The notes under the pieces were generated by a model. It did no database searches, was not told the DNA's origin, and saw nothing but the letters and a program-made list of their open reading frames with translations. 64,000 nucleotides of DNA, taken from assembly GCF_902652985.1 (NCBI RefSeq), contig NC_047015.1, positions 44,516,001 to 44,580,000 of the forward strand. The letters are read 5' to 3'. Numbering within the stretch: position 1 is the stretch's first letter; each line of letters opens with the position of its first letter. The translations under genes were made by a program, and so were the position numbers. The stretch comes from Pecten maximus. Lineage: Eukaryota. Shown piece after piece: positions 13,401 to 27,900 of this stretch.

Positions 13401-14500
13401 CTTAACAATCTAACTAGTATACAATCATGATGAAGAAGGTATTCTAATTGGTTTTAGACATAAAAATGTACTGTTTTTACATTTTTGTTTCAAAAAATAC
13501 AAATATTTCTTATATCCAAAATAAAACACATGTAACATTCTCATTACAAAGATTTTTGTTGAAATTTATGCACACTTTCGCAATTGAAAAGGAGTTCCTA
13601 CAGAATTATGTGGTGTTATCATTTCAGAAAAATTCCTTCAAAATTATGCAGTGTTATCATAATTAAGATACATTATATCCGTTATTCCATTGATATTTTT
13701 CAGCCCATGACATCAATATTAAATCTGCACTAAAGTGAGAAACTATTATACAGATTTACAAGTTTACTGTTTAACCAGATTAAATTATGTGGTCCTTGAA
13801 AATAGCTTACACTTCGGGTATACCAATTAGTGTAAGCATTATATTAGTTCATCTTCTAAATGTCATTTCCCTAAGCATTGTGTTAAACAGGGCACTGAAA
13901 TCCCATACAGGTACTTCTTCATACATCACACTGGCATAACTGACACGTTTGTGTCAAAACAATCCGAGTGTTAATAAAAGGTAGATATTTTGAATGGAAA
14001 GTGACTTATGCAAGAAGAGGGTATAAAGAAAGATTGTGAAGTGGAAAAAGAACCACCACTTTGGAATGACAAAATGTTTGTTTGCTTTGGAAACAAACCT
14101 CACAACATTGTTTTAACATTAAAATTATTGGTGCAGATTTTGTTTATTTTTAATTGAAAGCATATGCAAGAGTTGAGTGACAAAAGAACCCGCAACTTTC
14201 TAGCCAAGAAAATGTCTCATATTAATCAAAACATAATTGGTGGCTCTGAAGATATTTTTAACAAAAAGTGATTCTACGTTATTGAATCACCTCTAGAAAA
14301 TACCAGGAATTCACCTGTCAAACGGTTCTTCTCAGAATTATAAATCAGTTAACATTTTGGCTAACAAGTAGAATATAACATACTCCAATCCCAGCATATA
14401 ATAACATTGTCATTTCAAAATTAAACTTGCAAATCTTGTTTCTTAGTATTACAGTTAAATCAAATTCAGCTATAAAACTAACTGATTTTCAAAAGATTCC

Positions 14501-14590
14501 ATTGATTTTTCAATAAAGTAGGTACAAATAAAACCAAATGAATGTATTGATTTTTCAGTAAAGTAGGTACAAATAAAACCAAATGAATGT
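14501..14590. repeat. 45-bp tandem duplication
   Basis: ATTGATTTTTCA(A/G)TAAAGTAGGTACAAATAAAACCAAATGAATGT twice. Confidence 0.9.
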
Positions 14591-15801
14591 GAAAAAAATA
14601 AACAAACATGAAAATTTGGAATTAAGTGGTATGGCATCACACAGCTAAAATGAAGGTACACATGAATATTTCCACAATAAATATGGTCATCTTAAAATGT
14701 TGAAATGTATTATGATCACTAATTTTCTGATATTTTAAAATAGTTTCTTTTAGTTAAGCAGTACAAATCTCTTAACCCTTCAACACTGAAGACTCTTGTT
14801 CTGCGGAGGAGTATATGCAGATTAATCTATTGACTGAGTAATACCGTTTCATGCTTGTAATTCATGTCAAAACATGAGGCAGCAGCAGAAAATAAGGAGG
14901 GGGTGATGAAAACAGGTCTGGTGTTATGGGTTATATTGAGAATGTTGATCACAAAATAATTGTAAAAGTGGTCATTGGTATGAGCTATATTATAAATGTC
15001 CATGCCTACGACACCCTGGTTTACTGGTCTGGCCCTCTAGGGTTGGTTGAACTAAACAGAAATTCTCCCTAGCCTACAGCAGGAAGCAGCTAGTATCTAA
15101 CCAGGTTGACCAAATCATCTCAGTAGCAAACAATGAGTGCTTAATTGCAACAAAACACCCCTAAAACATAATTTTCATGATTTTGTCATCCCACATCAGG
15201 ATGATACCTATTATTTCTTCCGAGTGTGCTTTTCAAGAGATGTACATGCTTGTATTTCAGGGTCAAAACAAAATCAACACTTTTAGAAAAATACAACAAA
15301 ATCCAAACTTACGAACCAAATACTATTGATAAGAGTACATGTATAGACATCAGTTAACGATTTAATTCTAGAAACCAGTCAAGTGAAAATGGCAACAAGA
15401 ACATTTCAACTGAGGCCCAAAAACAAATATTCATGCTGGAAAAAATTCCTACTCAAAATAACAAAATAAAAGGAAAATAAATATCTCGTGACACACAGTG
15501 GGACTAAAATTGATTTCACTATACTTCACTGATATAAACCACAAAAATCTGAATAAACAAATGATACATTTTCAAAAATATTCAATGGACTCCTGTCATT
15601 AAGAAATGAATCTTTCTTGTATGACAATAGGAATATAAATCTATGGTAGTCAGTCCACAGTTCAACTACATGATTTTTATGCTTTATCATTCGCTATTGA
15701 TATGAAAATAAAACAGGTGTTACATTTGAGGATAAATTGCGATTTCCTGTTCATATGAAGGTAATTTTCACTGAAAATAATTGAAAGCTTACACCAAGAT
15801 C

Positions 15802-16254
15802 AACAAGTGCAATCAATGATTGCGAAAGCTCACCGGCGGCAGCAATCACACTATGCATTCATTTTTTTATGTATGTATAATTAGCATGTCATTTTGAAAT
15901 TGTATGTCACATAATATCGCTCCTAGACCTCTAATGGATGTGGACTTACAAGCTTTCCAAAACTAACCCCCTAAATCTATAAAGTGGGTTTTTGTGTCAA
16001 AAAAAGTAAGTCCACTAAATGGTAAAAAGGCCAAAAACAAATCACAAATTTTTTTCTACATGATTTTGCCACAGCATCACTCCTGGATCTCTAATGAATG
16101 TATAAACCAAATAAGAAGGGCATGAGGTGTATACTTTTGGACTTACAAGCTTTCCAAAAACTTACCCCAAAAACTTTAAAGTTTTGGGGTGGGACGCCGA
16201 CGCGGACGCCGGGGTGACAGCGTTAGCTCTCGGTTACTCTTAACCGGTGAGCTA
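15802..16254 (-). mobile_element. HINE (non-autonomous Helentron-like element)
   Basis: Minus strand: TAGCTCACCGG..hairpin, CGTC/CGGCGTC microsatellite, internal repeat (GGACTTACAAGCTTTCCAAAAAC twice), subTIR CCGGTGAGCT, 3' hairpin GCAATCATTGATTGC, CTTGTT end. Confidence 0.75.
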
Positions 16255-16873
16255 ACAAGAGTGACATGGGCAGAAAAAGATACCCTGTCAAATGCCATAT
16301 AGAGTTATTTTTAATTATCTTGCATTGAAATAATATTTGCATCACATTTTGAGTGGTTAGGTGGGATGCTTTAACCCTCACCTTTCACAACAAAGTCAAT
16401 ACGTGTATTTAGTTTTCTGTTTGAGGAATACCAGGAGTTACTGTCTCCAATTCATTAAACACAACTTTATATCATGATTATAAAGCCTACCAAGTTTCAA
16501 AGAAATCAGTCAAAAAATGCAGGATCTCTGGACAAATATCAAATACTGAAAAAAACTTGCAAAATAGTGGAATGAAAATGCCTTTCAGGGAAGCACAATT
16601 ATACATCATGGCCTATAAAATTTTGAAAGAAACCATGGAAAATGTGGGAGGAGATCTCAAGACAAAAATCAAATACCAAAATGAACAAAGAGCAATTTTT
16701 TTTGCAAAATTAGTCAAATCAAAATTTCTTTCAGGGCAAAACAACTACACATCATTATTATAATGTATACCAAATTTGGTCAATAAATGAAGGGGATCTC
16801 CGGACATATAATTTACCCCAGACAGTCGGCGCCATACCCTAGTACTCCCGCCAAATTTGACGGGCGTATAAAA
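16255..16873 (-). mobile_element. Second HINE directly abutting the first
   Basis: Minus strand starts TTTTTATACGCCCGTCAAATTTGGCGGGAGTA and ends ATTTGACAGGGTAT...CTCTTGTT. Confidence 0.65.
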
Positions 16874-18816
16874 AGAGGCACACACCTAAAGGACATCAGG
16901 GTGAAATTTGAGAATCTTTGTTAAATTTGAGAATCTTTGTTAAACATATAGCCATATACACCCTTGCTTTGATGCAGATGGAGATTCATGCAGGTTTAAC
17001 TAAAACGTAGAACAATTTTTGTCCAAAAACCCATTACATCTTTGATCCTCCAATAACAAACGTTCATGCAGAATATCAGATAACCAAACAGACCTAAGCA
17101 CAAAAATAAATCCTGTGTTAAATATTTAAATCAGGCATATCTTAATTTGCAAGGGATTGTTTATTGAAATCTGTTCAAAATGTGGGATGACTCCTTAAAT
17201 TGTTTTAGTGTCAGGGAATAATGTGTACAACCTATAAACTGTTACATAATCCAATCAACCACTGACATAGAAATATATATGAATGCTATTGAAAGAATTT
17301 TGGAATGAAACAAGAACAGGTCATAACAAATATCAAGACATTCCTCAAAATATCATTTGCATTCCTTTGACACTAAGGTTCTTGAACCTACAATCTGACA
17401 CATACTTCAGAAGTAGTACATCGTAAATACTGCACAGCAGATTGTCTAGCATGTATGCAAATGAAACAAAAGCTGCATTCAATGATGAAATTTAAATTTC
17501 ACACCAGTTTTGATCTTTGACCTTAACTTTTGACCTTGACATTGAAACAAGGATAAAGAAATGATTTATCATGTGTGAAAAAGCAAGTTAATCAACAAAA
17601 TTAGACTCTGGACAAATAATATTAATTAACTTTTCGGCCTTTACTTTGACCAAAATCCTGGATAACAGGTGATGATCATTATGTCTAACCAGTGTCATTT
17701 GAATGTATCTTTGATTTGGTTTTCTCTTCAACTGGTGACCTTGACCTTGATATGGTTTCCTCTAAATAGTTTAATGGAACAGAAGCTATGATAATTGACA
17801 AGGAGATTGGCATTGCCATGCTATAATACAGTCCATTCAGAGAGCTTGAACAGTAGTTTTACTGTATACTGTACATGTACTAGATATATTTAGCAGTGGA
17901 AACAAAGATTATCAACAGGTCATAACACTACAGCCTGTAATTCTGTTTTATTATAACTTTTTCATGCGAAGTTATCCTTTTTAATAGTATACGGGGAAAA
18001 AAAACTAGGTTTTAACCTATTTCAGTGATGAAAAAACTACATGCACAGTTGTAATGCTTGTAAAAACGATGAGACAAAAAACCAACTAGGATGAGTACTG
18101 AAGCCTGCTGATAAATATACTAGTCAGCTTCTTACAAGGTCAAACTCTAAATTCTGAGGAAAAATATAATTCCTTCCCCAAAAGCAGGCTTCACCTTTCT
18201 CAAAATACAATTGAAATTGATTGACCTAGCATGATTTAACAGAAAACCTTTCACTACAAAAAATAAATCAAACCTACATACAAATTCATATTGACTTAAG
18301 AAAAGTATCTACTAATAATCATGATCATCATATAAATATATACTACTTATAATATTGCAGATGAAACAATTTCTTATCAAACCAGTGATAATACATTCTG
18401 AGTGCAGTAAACAATGAAAATCTACTGAGAAAGCATGTTTAAAGGGAAACCAATATGCATCAACTTAACAATTGTAAAAAGAAAATAAAAATATTTTGTT
18501 TTCTGTGTGAAGAATTGTTCACTAGGAACAATAGCACTAACCAAGTAGAACTATGTGTGCAGGATAAACTTGACTTTGTGGGCACTTCATTATCAAATAT
18601 AATCGGGGAAAGTACCCTACACCATTATCACATGTTCCTTCTGAAACAATAACAAACGCATTCCAAGTGTACAATCATTCTCAACAGAAAAAAAATCAGA
18701 ACATAATTCCAACAAAATGACATAATAAAATCTATAACAGAGATGAAAATGAGATGATTAGCACTTTTCAAGTCAATTTTCATTTTTAAATTTGAAAATC
18801 CTAAATGAGTCCATTA

Positions 18817-18999
18817 TTACAACCTGTTGTATCCTGTGCTTGATCGTGGTACTTGTGCATGGCACACAGGACATTCCATAATCTTCGTAATGCACATTTC
18901 ACAAAACACCTGATGACCGCATTGTAACCTGGTTGTGACAGTCCTATCCTTCTCTTGACATCTTAAGCACTTAACATTCTGATGGTGGAACATTATTAA
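18817..18999 (-). CDS. unk: unkempt exon 16 (last): RING finger and stop
   Basis: LIMFHHQNVKCLRCQEKDRTVTTRLQCGHQVFCEMCITKIMECPVC...YNRL*; acceptor TTTCAG. Confidence 0.92.
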   Translation of the reverse strand, partial: LIMFHHQNVKCLRCQEKDRTVTTRLQCGHQVFCEMCITKIMECPVCHAQVPRSSTGYNRL

Positions 19000-21900
19000 C
19001 TGAAATAGAAAAAGAGAGTTCGGAATGAGTTCAAAAAGTTAATAAATGGGTAAAACTAAATTACATTGAAAAACATGCATACCGGGTATTGCTAAAGCAA
19101 TTCATGCAAAAAATAGTATCAGTGACCTTGACCCTTAAGCACTAACTTGTCGGAGATATTAAGGTCCTTTATCATTGTGTTAAGTTTGATCAAAATCTCT
19201 CAAAGAATGAAACTGCTAATGAGCTGACAATCTTTGGCATTAGGTACGTATATATGGAGAGGAAACCTATAGTCACTCAGTTTCAACGGTAGGGGACCAA
19301 TAAGTATATGTGATTAATTGTGATCAAGTACTAAAATGACTTCAAATCCAGACCGAGTTGCATGAGGACCAATCAGAATCACCTCCATATTTTACGTCAT
19401 GGCTGAATGGAAGAAACAATACATGTACTATACTTTCCAAAGTGCTGTCCTTATGAATAACACTGCAATCCTTTAGGTTGAAAAATACATACATAGGGTA
19501 AATGGGATCACACACTCATTCTTTTTCATGTATAGACCCTGGCACTAAAGAGACAGGGGTAGTTGTTAGACCTTAGTCAATCCATATAATGTGCTGTTGT
19601 ATTTTACATCACATCCAGCAAATGTGTCCTTCATTGTGGAATCTCAACATTTTCAAAATTTTATGATGCAAGGACAAAGTGCTAGAATATGCAGGAAAAT
19701 ATAAAATGCCCGGGCTGAATTTTGAATGTTCAAACCTAAAGCTTAAAGAGGCTAAAGGTTGAAAAGTCTAAATTTTTAAGATGAACAGAAGGGTGTCAAA
19801 TAACATTTAAAGCAGATCCATCTCATTTCCTCGCAAGTTTACCTTAGTAACTTAAATCATCCTTTTGAGTAGCTTGCCCTGCGTTCCTTAAACCATTTCA
19901 ATTTTTTTTTCTTTCCAACTTCATCACAAACTTTTCTGTCATATATAAACATTGTTCTGCTGTATATGTACCAGTACCTACCCCATCTAACGTTTTCAAA
20001 TCTCGTGATAACTGCTGGTGAAGCTGTTGTAGTTGTGGGATTCCTAAGGATGGCAATTCATTCACTCTCTGAAGATATCTAATTTGTGGACCATTCTGTT
20101 TTGAATCAATTTCTTGCTGCAGCTTTTTGGCATGTATAATAGCCTGGAACATGACAAATGTATTCAAAGAATAAACATTAGAAAATAGAACGGTTCTGCT
20201 GATGAATACATTATCAAAATTTTAGATAGTATAAAAAATCTGCTGATGAATACATTATCAAAATTTTAGATAGTATAAAAATTGGAGCAATTTTTTTAAC
20301 AGGGATATGTTGTCAGTCTGGACAATATGATTTGCATGATAGTAGGCCAGCTAAATAAATAAATTTTCGGGATAAAAGAGGAAAACAGGACAAACTGTTT
20401 CATCAAAACCCATTAAGTACTTTACCAAGTGTGCTGCAGACAAGGTAAATGTTAAAAAGAAAATATGATAAAGTTGTACAAGGGTGGACAACACTGTAAA
20501 TGTTTTTTGTAGAGGTAATGAAAGTAAGAATTCTCTACATGCTGTTTCATTAAGCTTGTAGTAGCATAATTTTTAAAAATATTTTTTTGGGAGTATCACC
20601 CGACATCCAGAAACTTACCTCATCCCGCTGTTTGACAGCATGTAATCTGTCATCATCACAATATTTGGCTTTTCTTATCGATTCTTCAGCTTCTTTTTTC
20701 CATGCTTCACAAGCCTATTAAACATGTAATACAGACAATATAATTAAACAGATTATTTAACAGGAATACAGAGCAACCCGCTTATTTGCATAGCCCTTTT
20801 TCCATGACAAAATATGCAAATAACCGGAGTATTCGTATAGGCGGACTTGGGTTTTGGCCCCTCTTATACACTATGTAGATCGTCAGGTAGGTATTCAAAA
20901 CGGGCGCTATATGATTGTTTACGTTATTTGCATTAAAAACATATTTTAAAATAAACATTATTTAAAATATAAGAGTAAATACGAAATAAATGGGTTGTTA
21001 TTCTTTGTAAATGTACAAATATTTGCATATACATTTGTACTTCATCGTTTACTACTTGTCACTCCGAGTCTGTGGGTCCGAAATCGGTTATACACGCGTG
21101 GGTTGGCACTACGATGTACAATGTGATCGTTTCAATAAACATTCATTATCGTCTTGAGATGTGTTTTGTTCCTGCTATGAGTATATTAGTTGTTTGATCA
21201 TAGATAATGAACTGCTTAAGCAATAGACTGTCTTAAATGACCGTGAGATGTGCATTGTCGTTTGGGTTTGTTTTCGAAAATGGCGCACACACACAAAGAG
21301 TTGTCGTTCCTTACACATATGCCCCCACAATGCAACGCGCCTAGTAAACAATCATGGCGATCGCAACCTGCCTCAGCGAGTGTTCAAGTGCACAGAACAC
21401 AGGTTTGGATCGATGTTATAATAAATAAACAAATCTCATCAAAAGATGAGACATATCAATATTTTATTCAGTAATTCTTCTTCATAATGCTACTGATATG
21501 GTCTGGATAATAACTAAATGTCGATATCGATGCATCGAACATAACCTGTTTTGACGAAGTGGGAACCAATGATTTGATAACGTTGTACATCGTGTCGAAT
21601 CAATATGTAAGTTAAAAACACTTTTCATAAAACTATAGCTATACATAAATTTATTAATTGAAACAAACAATATTAAAGTTTAATGTATTTTACTTCATTT
21701 TATATTGTTACAAAAAAATTATAGATAAAATGGATGGCACAGAATGAAATGAGTTACTAATAGTATATCAGTGATAATTCACTTATGAAGGTTACTTATT
21801 TGTACAAATTTAGCCATCACATTATAGCGGTAATTATATAAAAATTCTAATAAAAGTTTAATTGAAAGAAATATATTGACAAGCTTATATGTTTAAATCT

Positions 21901-24900
21901 TGAATTATTTCATTTATTCATTTAAAAAAAAAAAATTCATTTCTAGAATTTTACTCAATTTCAGATTGATCTCATATTGATGAGTGAACATTTTTCTTGT
22001 CATAAAAATTATAATTTTCTTCTGACAATTTTGATTCTTAAATGATTTTAAATAAATTTAAACCACCTGTTTCAGTTACACGGAACCAGAAAAGTTTCTA
22101 TATATGTGATTTAAATGAGCGATACCTATTACCACGCAGAAAAACAGAAATGGCCTGAACAGTGAGTGTACCATGATGCAAGATAAAAATACCGAACCGT
22201 GCAATTTATACCACTATATATCATACCACAGATTACCGTTGCAGCACTATGAAATACAAACTGAGGAATGGGCATTTGGACAAAACGTTTATAATTAGCC
22301 TATATACAGACAACAGATGTGGTTGCCCAAACAGTTTTTATTTGGGTCAGTAATTCTGAGCTTTTTCCATGTTTTGTTCCAATTTTAGTCACCACAGGCG
22401 ATTGTTTGTTTGTTTTTGTTTAACATCCTTTTAATAGCCATGGTCATTTAAGGACGTGCCAGGTTTAGGAGGTGGAGGAAAGCTGGAGTACCCGGAGAAA
22501 AACCACCGGCCTACAGTCAGTAACTGGCAACTGCCCCATGTAGGTTTTGAACGTGCAACCCAGAGGTGGAGGACTTGTGATAAAGTGTTGGGACACCTTA
22601 ACTACTCGGCCACCACACCACAGGCGAGTGGGCGACTGGCCAGATTAAGCACTGCTCATAAAATGCACTCATCACTTAATTTAAAGGAAAACTATAAGTT
22701 CCAAGTAAAATACTTTGAAAATGGACCTGTATATATAGTTGGATGTTTGTTGGGTTTATGTCAGGGTCATTTTGAGGTGGGTCTTGTTGTAGTAGTTGGT
22801 GGCTACCTCATTGACCAACATATGGGAGGCCTGTACCATGCCATCCAGAGCAATTAGGGTAAAGAGTCTTGCCAAAGGACAGCACTACAAGCCATTGCAT
22901 AAGCATTATCCTCAGGTTGGCAGACAGGCCATGATGAGATTGAAGAATATGAATCGTGCAGCATAAAAAGAAGGTCGAATTCAGCTTTCATGCAAATAGA
23001 ACATCAGCTTCTTCAATGGTGTACTTTCACCAGGAGGCATGGACTGAAAATTCTTTTTTGTAAGCCATACTTGAGGACAGATAACATATCTTTCTATATC
23101 TCCTGCCAACTTCACAGGGACTAAGATATGTTACCGGCTGTTTTTGTGTTTTGTCGGGAACTTACATGTTACTACACAAGAGTACGTCATCGATACAAAG
23201 CTTGCCTTATATCAATATACTACGCACTAGAATTAGGGGGAGAGTTCACCAACTTGAATCTATATTGCCGTACATGTATACCTTTTTAACAAAAAAATAT
23301 TGCAATATTTAAAGGTAAAATAGACAGTTTAAATTAAAGGGGCATTCCTTCGGACATCAGAAACATTCACAATTTCTATTGATGAAATCTATGTCCAAAA
23401 GCTGATTATATGAGTGTTCGTGCCTACATGCAATGAAATTAATGCCGAAATGTACAACAAAAGGCCTATCGCATACAAATACTGTAAGAATTTGCGGTAA
23501 TTAGTGATACTTCGGGTCGAATTAAGAATTTTCAGGACATAATAATCAAGAACTTTGTTTTATCTTGAGAGTGAAACTGCCTTATAAATGTTAAGATTTT
23601 AACTTTTACTACTTGAAAAAATACATATTTTCGAGTAAGTTCAATTTTGACGACCTAAGTTTATTCATATGAAGGAATGCCCCTTTAAGGTTTTGCATTG
23701 TAGAAAGCATTGAAATTATCATTATTATGAAATATATTTGACTTAATGAAATAAAAGTTAACCCCCACAGCAACTCTCAAATCATAAGGGAGTGTATAGT
23801 AACAGGATAGTAATAGTTAATCCCCATAGCAACCCTGAAACGAAATATTAGAATCCTAATACAATTATAAAGGAGCTTACTTATGCCTTTGAACATGAAC
23901 TTTTGAAGACCAACACTGAAACCAACATAAGGGTGACAATATAAGCCCCCCCCCTTTATTCAAAAGGCAAGCTTTAAATGAATCTCCATGTACAGAGAGA
24001 AAAGATTGTTTGTTTGAGTTTTACGGCCCATCGACAGAGAGAAAAGATCCAGGCTACACACCATTCGATGTCCTTTGGAAGCTTCAGATATTGTTTGAAT
24101 ATCACTTACACACTTGGCCTGTGAGTAGGCCTGTTCCCAATGTTCCAGACGAGTCTTGTTGTGTGTGAACTCATCCTTCAACTTCTGCAGCTCTGTGGCT
24201 TGGGCACTATTTGACAGATTTGATGAGTAGGACGAGTACAGAGGAGAGTGGGGACCACCAGGACCATTCCGCGGTGACATCGAATTAAAATCCGAGTAAG
24301 AAAATTTGTTGTTTAAATACGATGAACTCTAAAATAAGAAATAAATGTAAGATAATGTAACGACTGATGAAAATTTGAAACTGAAAAATGTCTTTAAATA
24401 TATATAACTATGTCAAATTCTGATTTTAACATACAGTGAACCCTCGATAATCCGAACACCTTCGTTCCCAGTCCAAACCGTCCGGATTACGAGTTTTCCG
24501 GACTGCCGAATTTTGTGTACCAGGTCAAAAAAATTGTCGTGTAAGAGTTATCTCCCTTGATTATATACAATCCGGGACGTTTCATAAACACGTCTAATTG
24601 TCAGACTTTTTAACAATAAATATACTTATGTTTCTGATATGATTCTTTTTGTTTTGTTTTGTAGAAAGTAAAAAATAAACTGTTTTTAAACGAACATGTA
24701 AAGTGAAAGTTGTTTTATTTATAGCGGGCATATGTGACCTACAAACAACACACATGTGTCACGTCCCGGAGGTTCACAAACAAGTAGAAATTACAAACTT
24801 TAAATACCTTAAATCACATACCCCGATTTTACAACTTACCGTCAGTCTATGTTTTTTATGATTTTTACGTACATGTACCAGAAACCCCAAGCTATCTATT

Positions 24901-27900
24901 TAAAAGTACGCGACACCAGCGAGAACTACCCAAGATGTCCAATAATTATTCAACCCGTATTCACTTAACAATGTGACGCTTAGTTAAGTATCAGAAGACT
25001 ATTGACTAATTTGTGTGTAATCAACCCAGTTCTTGTGATCACTGCTTAATACGTAAATGTGTATGTAATTAATAACATGCAACTTTCAACGAGTCGTCGT
25101 TTCACGTAACGTTAACGGTGTTACAATGCCGATATCCGTGTTTACCCAATACAAGTGTTAATGATGTTAAATACCGATCATAAATTGAACTGAATGTTTG
25201 TGCATAAATTCTGTAACAATTAGGTCGTAGAGAAAAAGCACAGGTAAACACCCGGGGCTATGACCTGGCAGCGGTCGCTATGACTACGCAGTGTCAAGCA
25301 ATATTCTGTACAGCTGTTGACACGGGTGACTTGCCCCGACATTTTTTTCTCCTCGTGGTGAAAAAATCGTCCGGATTATTGAGGGAAATTTACTAATGAA
25401 AAGTATGTTCCGTTCCCAAAATGGGCTTCCGGAATCGGAATCTGAATTTCCGGACTGGTGAGTACAAATAACGTTACGGAAATCCGTTCCCGTTCATTTC
25501 TTTCCGGACTGTGAGTTTTCTGGACTATCGGCGTCCGGATTATCGCGGGTCCATTGTATCTTGTTGTGAAAACAGACAGTGAATTTGAGACCAATCTATT
25601 GAACGTTTATTAGCACATCTAGTACCCATACAAATATATAGATCAAACAGGAACGCTATACAATATTTCAAAAAACATATTTTTCATGCAAGACAACAAT
25701 ACTATTACAGAAGTATTATCAGCTTATTTACTTGCATTTAGTGAACTAAAGCAGGTACCCTGCTTGAGATCACATGATTCAGTACTTACATTATCCGATT
25801 CCTGTTTGGTAGGTGGTGGCATTGATAGTATAGGGAGATTAAAACTACCATACGGTGATGGTGGAGACTGAGAAAGGCTACTGATACTTCCTCTAGGGAG
25901 ACCACCTGGTGGTATACCAATCGGAACAGATGAAGGTCCGAACCCTACAAAACAACATGTATTTCAGGTCATTAAACAAATAACACCTGATGTAATAATA
26001 TTTGGTCATCCATGGGATTTGTTAGAAAAGAGACTCAAGACCACTTACTTGGAAAAACATTTATCTTTTAACACAAGGTATAATTGGAAACTGCCCTTGT
26101 ATTTACACTCTTTGCTTGACAAATGAAACATTTTCGAAAATTGCAATGATTGGACATATTCTGAATCATCCAAGCTCCTCATTTTAGAAAATTACCATGT
26201 TATTAACTTTACAAATGATAAAATCAGTCGATTTCAGTACATTTCACTTACCTGATGACGGGATACCTGCACTCAGCGAACTGCTTAAGGAGTTTGTGTC
26301 ATTGTCTTTGTCTACATCTTTGTCAATGCTGTTGACATCTATATCATCCAGATTAAGATCTTCTAGAGCATGACCTTAAAAACAGATAAAATGTCAGGAA
26401 GTCAATAAACACATACAGAATGTTAGGAAGGCATGGTTAATACTCAGTAGCCACCTTTCAAATGGAAAGACAAGTAGTAAATGTATAATGTGGATACCGT
26501 TTAAAAAAACAATTACTGCAGTTCTTTATAGGGTTCATACCACAAAACATTGACACATTTTTCATGTAAAAAGGTACACTACAGAAATGTTTTATCAAAT
26601 ATAGGGATACATTGTGTCATGTCTGAAATCACTGTAGTACTTCATAAGATATACTTGACTCAAAATCAGATGCTAAAAATAAATCTGATAATTCTACTAA
26701 GAAATCAATCCTAAAATATAGATTCATACATTTAGAGATAAAAATTAACCAATTGAATGGAAATATGCTTGTCAAAAAGAAAAATTAACCTTAAATTGCT
26801 TTACCTAAGAATCACTCCACATGCACAGTATCCAAAGAAACAAAACTGAATAAACAGATTATTGTTTTACCTAAAACCGACTCCAGTGTCCATAGCAATG
26901 AAACTGAAGACAGATTTTTATTGTACCTAAGACGGACTTCACAGTATCCATAGAAATGAAACTGAAGATAGATTATTGTTTTACCTAAGACTGACTCCAC
27001 AGTATCCATAGCCGGATAGAAGGAGGGAGTGGATGTGGACATGGTGGAAGTCGTGGTTGCAATGTCACTTGTAGGGTAGAATGCTGGAGCAAGCGGAGAC
27101 ATGTTGGACGACGGAGAAATAGTCTGTTGTACTCCTATGCTTCCCAGAGAGCTGGACAATGTTGTCATACTGTTGTTTCCGTTGTGATTTAGTGAATGTA
27201 CTAGCACTAGGTTTTGTTTCCTCTTCAGTTTTTCTGTTAGTTCTAAAGAGTTATCATTGTCTATAGTCGACAGCTGCTGCCACAGTTTTGTCTGCAAATG
27301 TAATTTTATACTTTAATATTTGACCTTCAAACATGTCAATTTTTATAGAATGTCTCATTATTTCAAGGAAATTTGAGAAAAGTGAAGCTACTCTTTTTTT
27401 TTTAACTTCTTTTTCATATATATATATAAAAGTATGATTTCCTCGTTCTTGTCACAAGTTTAAGTTTATATCTTCTTTTTTGCCCCCCCCCCCCCCCCTT
27501 TATTAACACTTCATTTTTTTCTATCCATTTGATGAGAAACCAGTTTTCATATATAAAGATTTCATGTGTTACTTTCCATATAATCTATCAACTTTTGAAA
27601 TTTGGAATGACCAATCCTTGTTACACTTACCTGGAAATCATCTCGCTCCGATCCAGGGGCTTTCTGACAAAACCAGGCACTACTTAGTTCCGAATTAATA
27701 CTGCTTGATGTGCTACCAGATCGACCTTTCCCAATTGGCTCAGGCATCGGACTGCTCGTGTTGCTGTTTATACTTCCCTGTCCATTGTTATGCTGTAATA
27801 CAGGAATACACATTATCACAAGAATATGTCCATTCTTTTTTTGCCCTCCACACGAAAGTTATCAAATTATTTTCTGGATTCATGAAAAACATGCATTGGC

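Noticed and set aside
22456-22857. ORFs starting MPGLGGGGK.. (also 61548-61760, and antisense 5087-5335, 61523-61705)
   Set aside because: Chance frames within SINE copies.
24360-24390. Hammerhead ribozyme core (CTGATGA..GAAA)
   Set aside because: No convincing stems around the core; other CTGATGA hits are in coding or LINE sequence.
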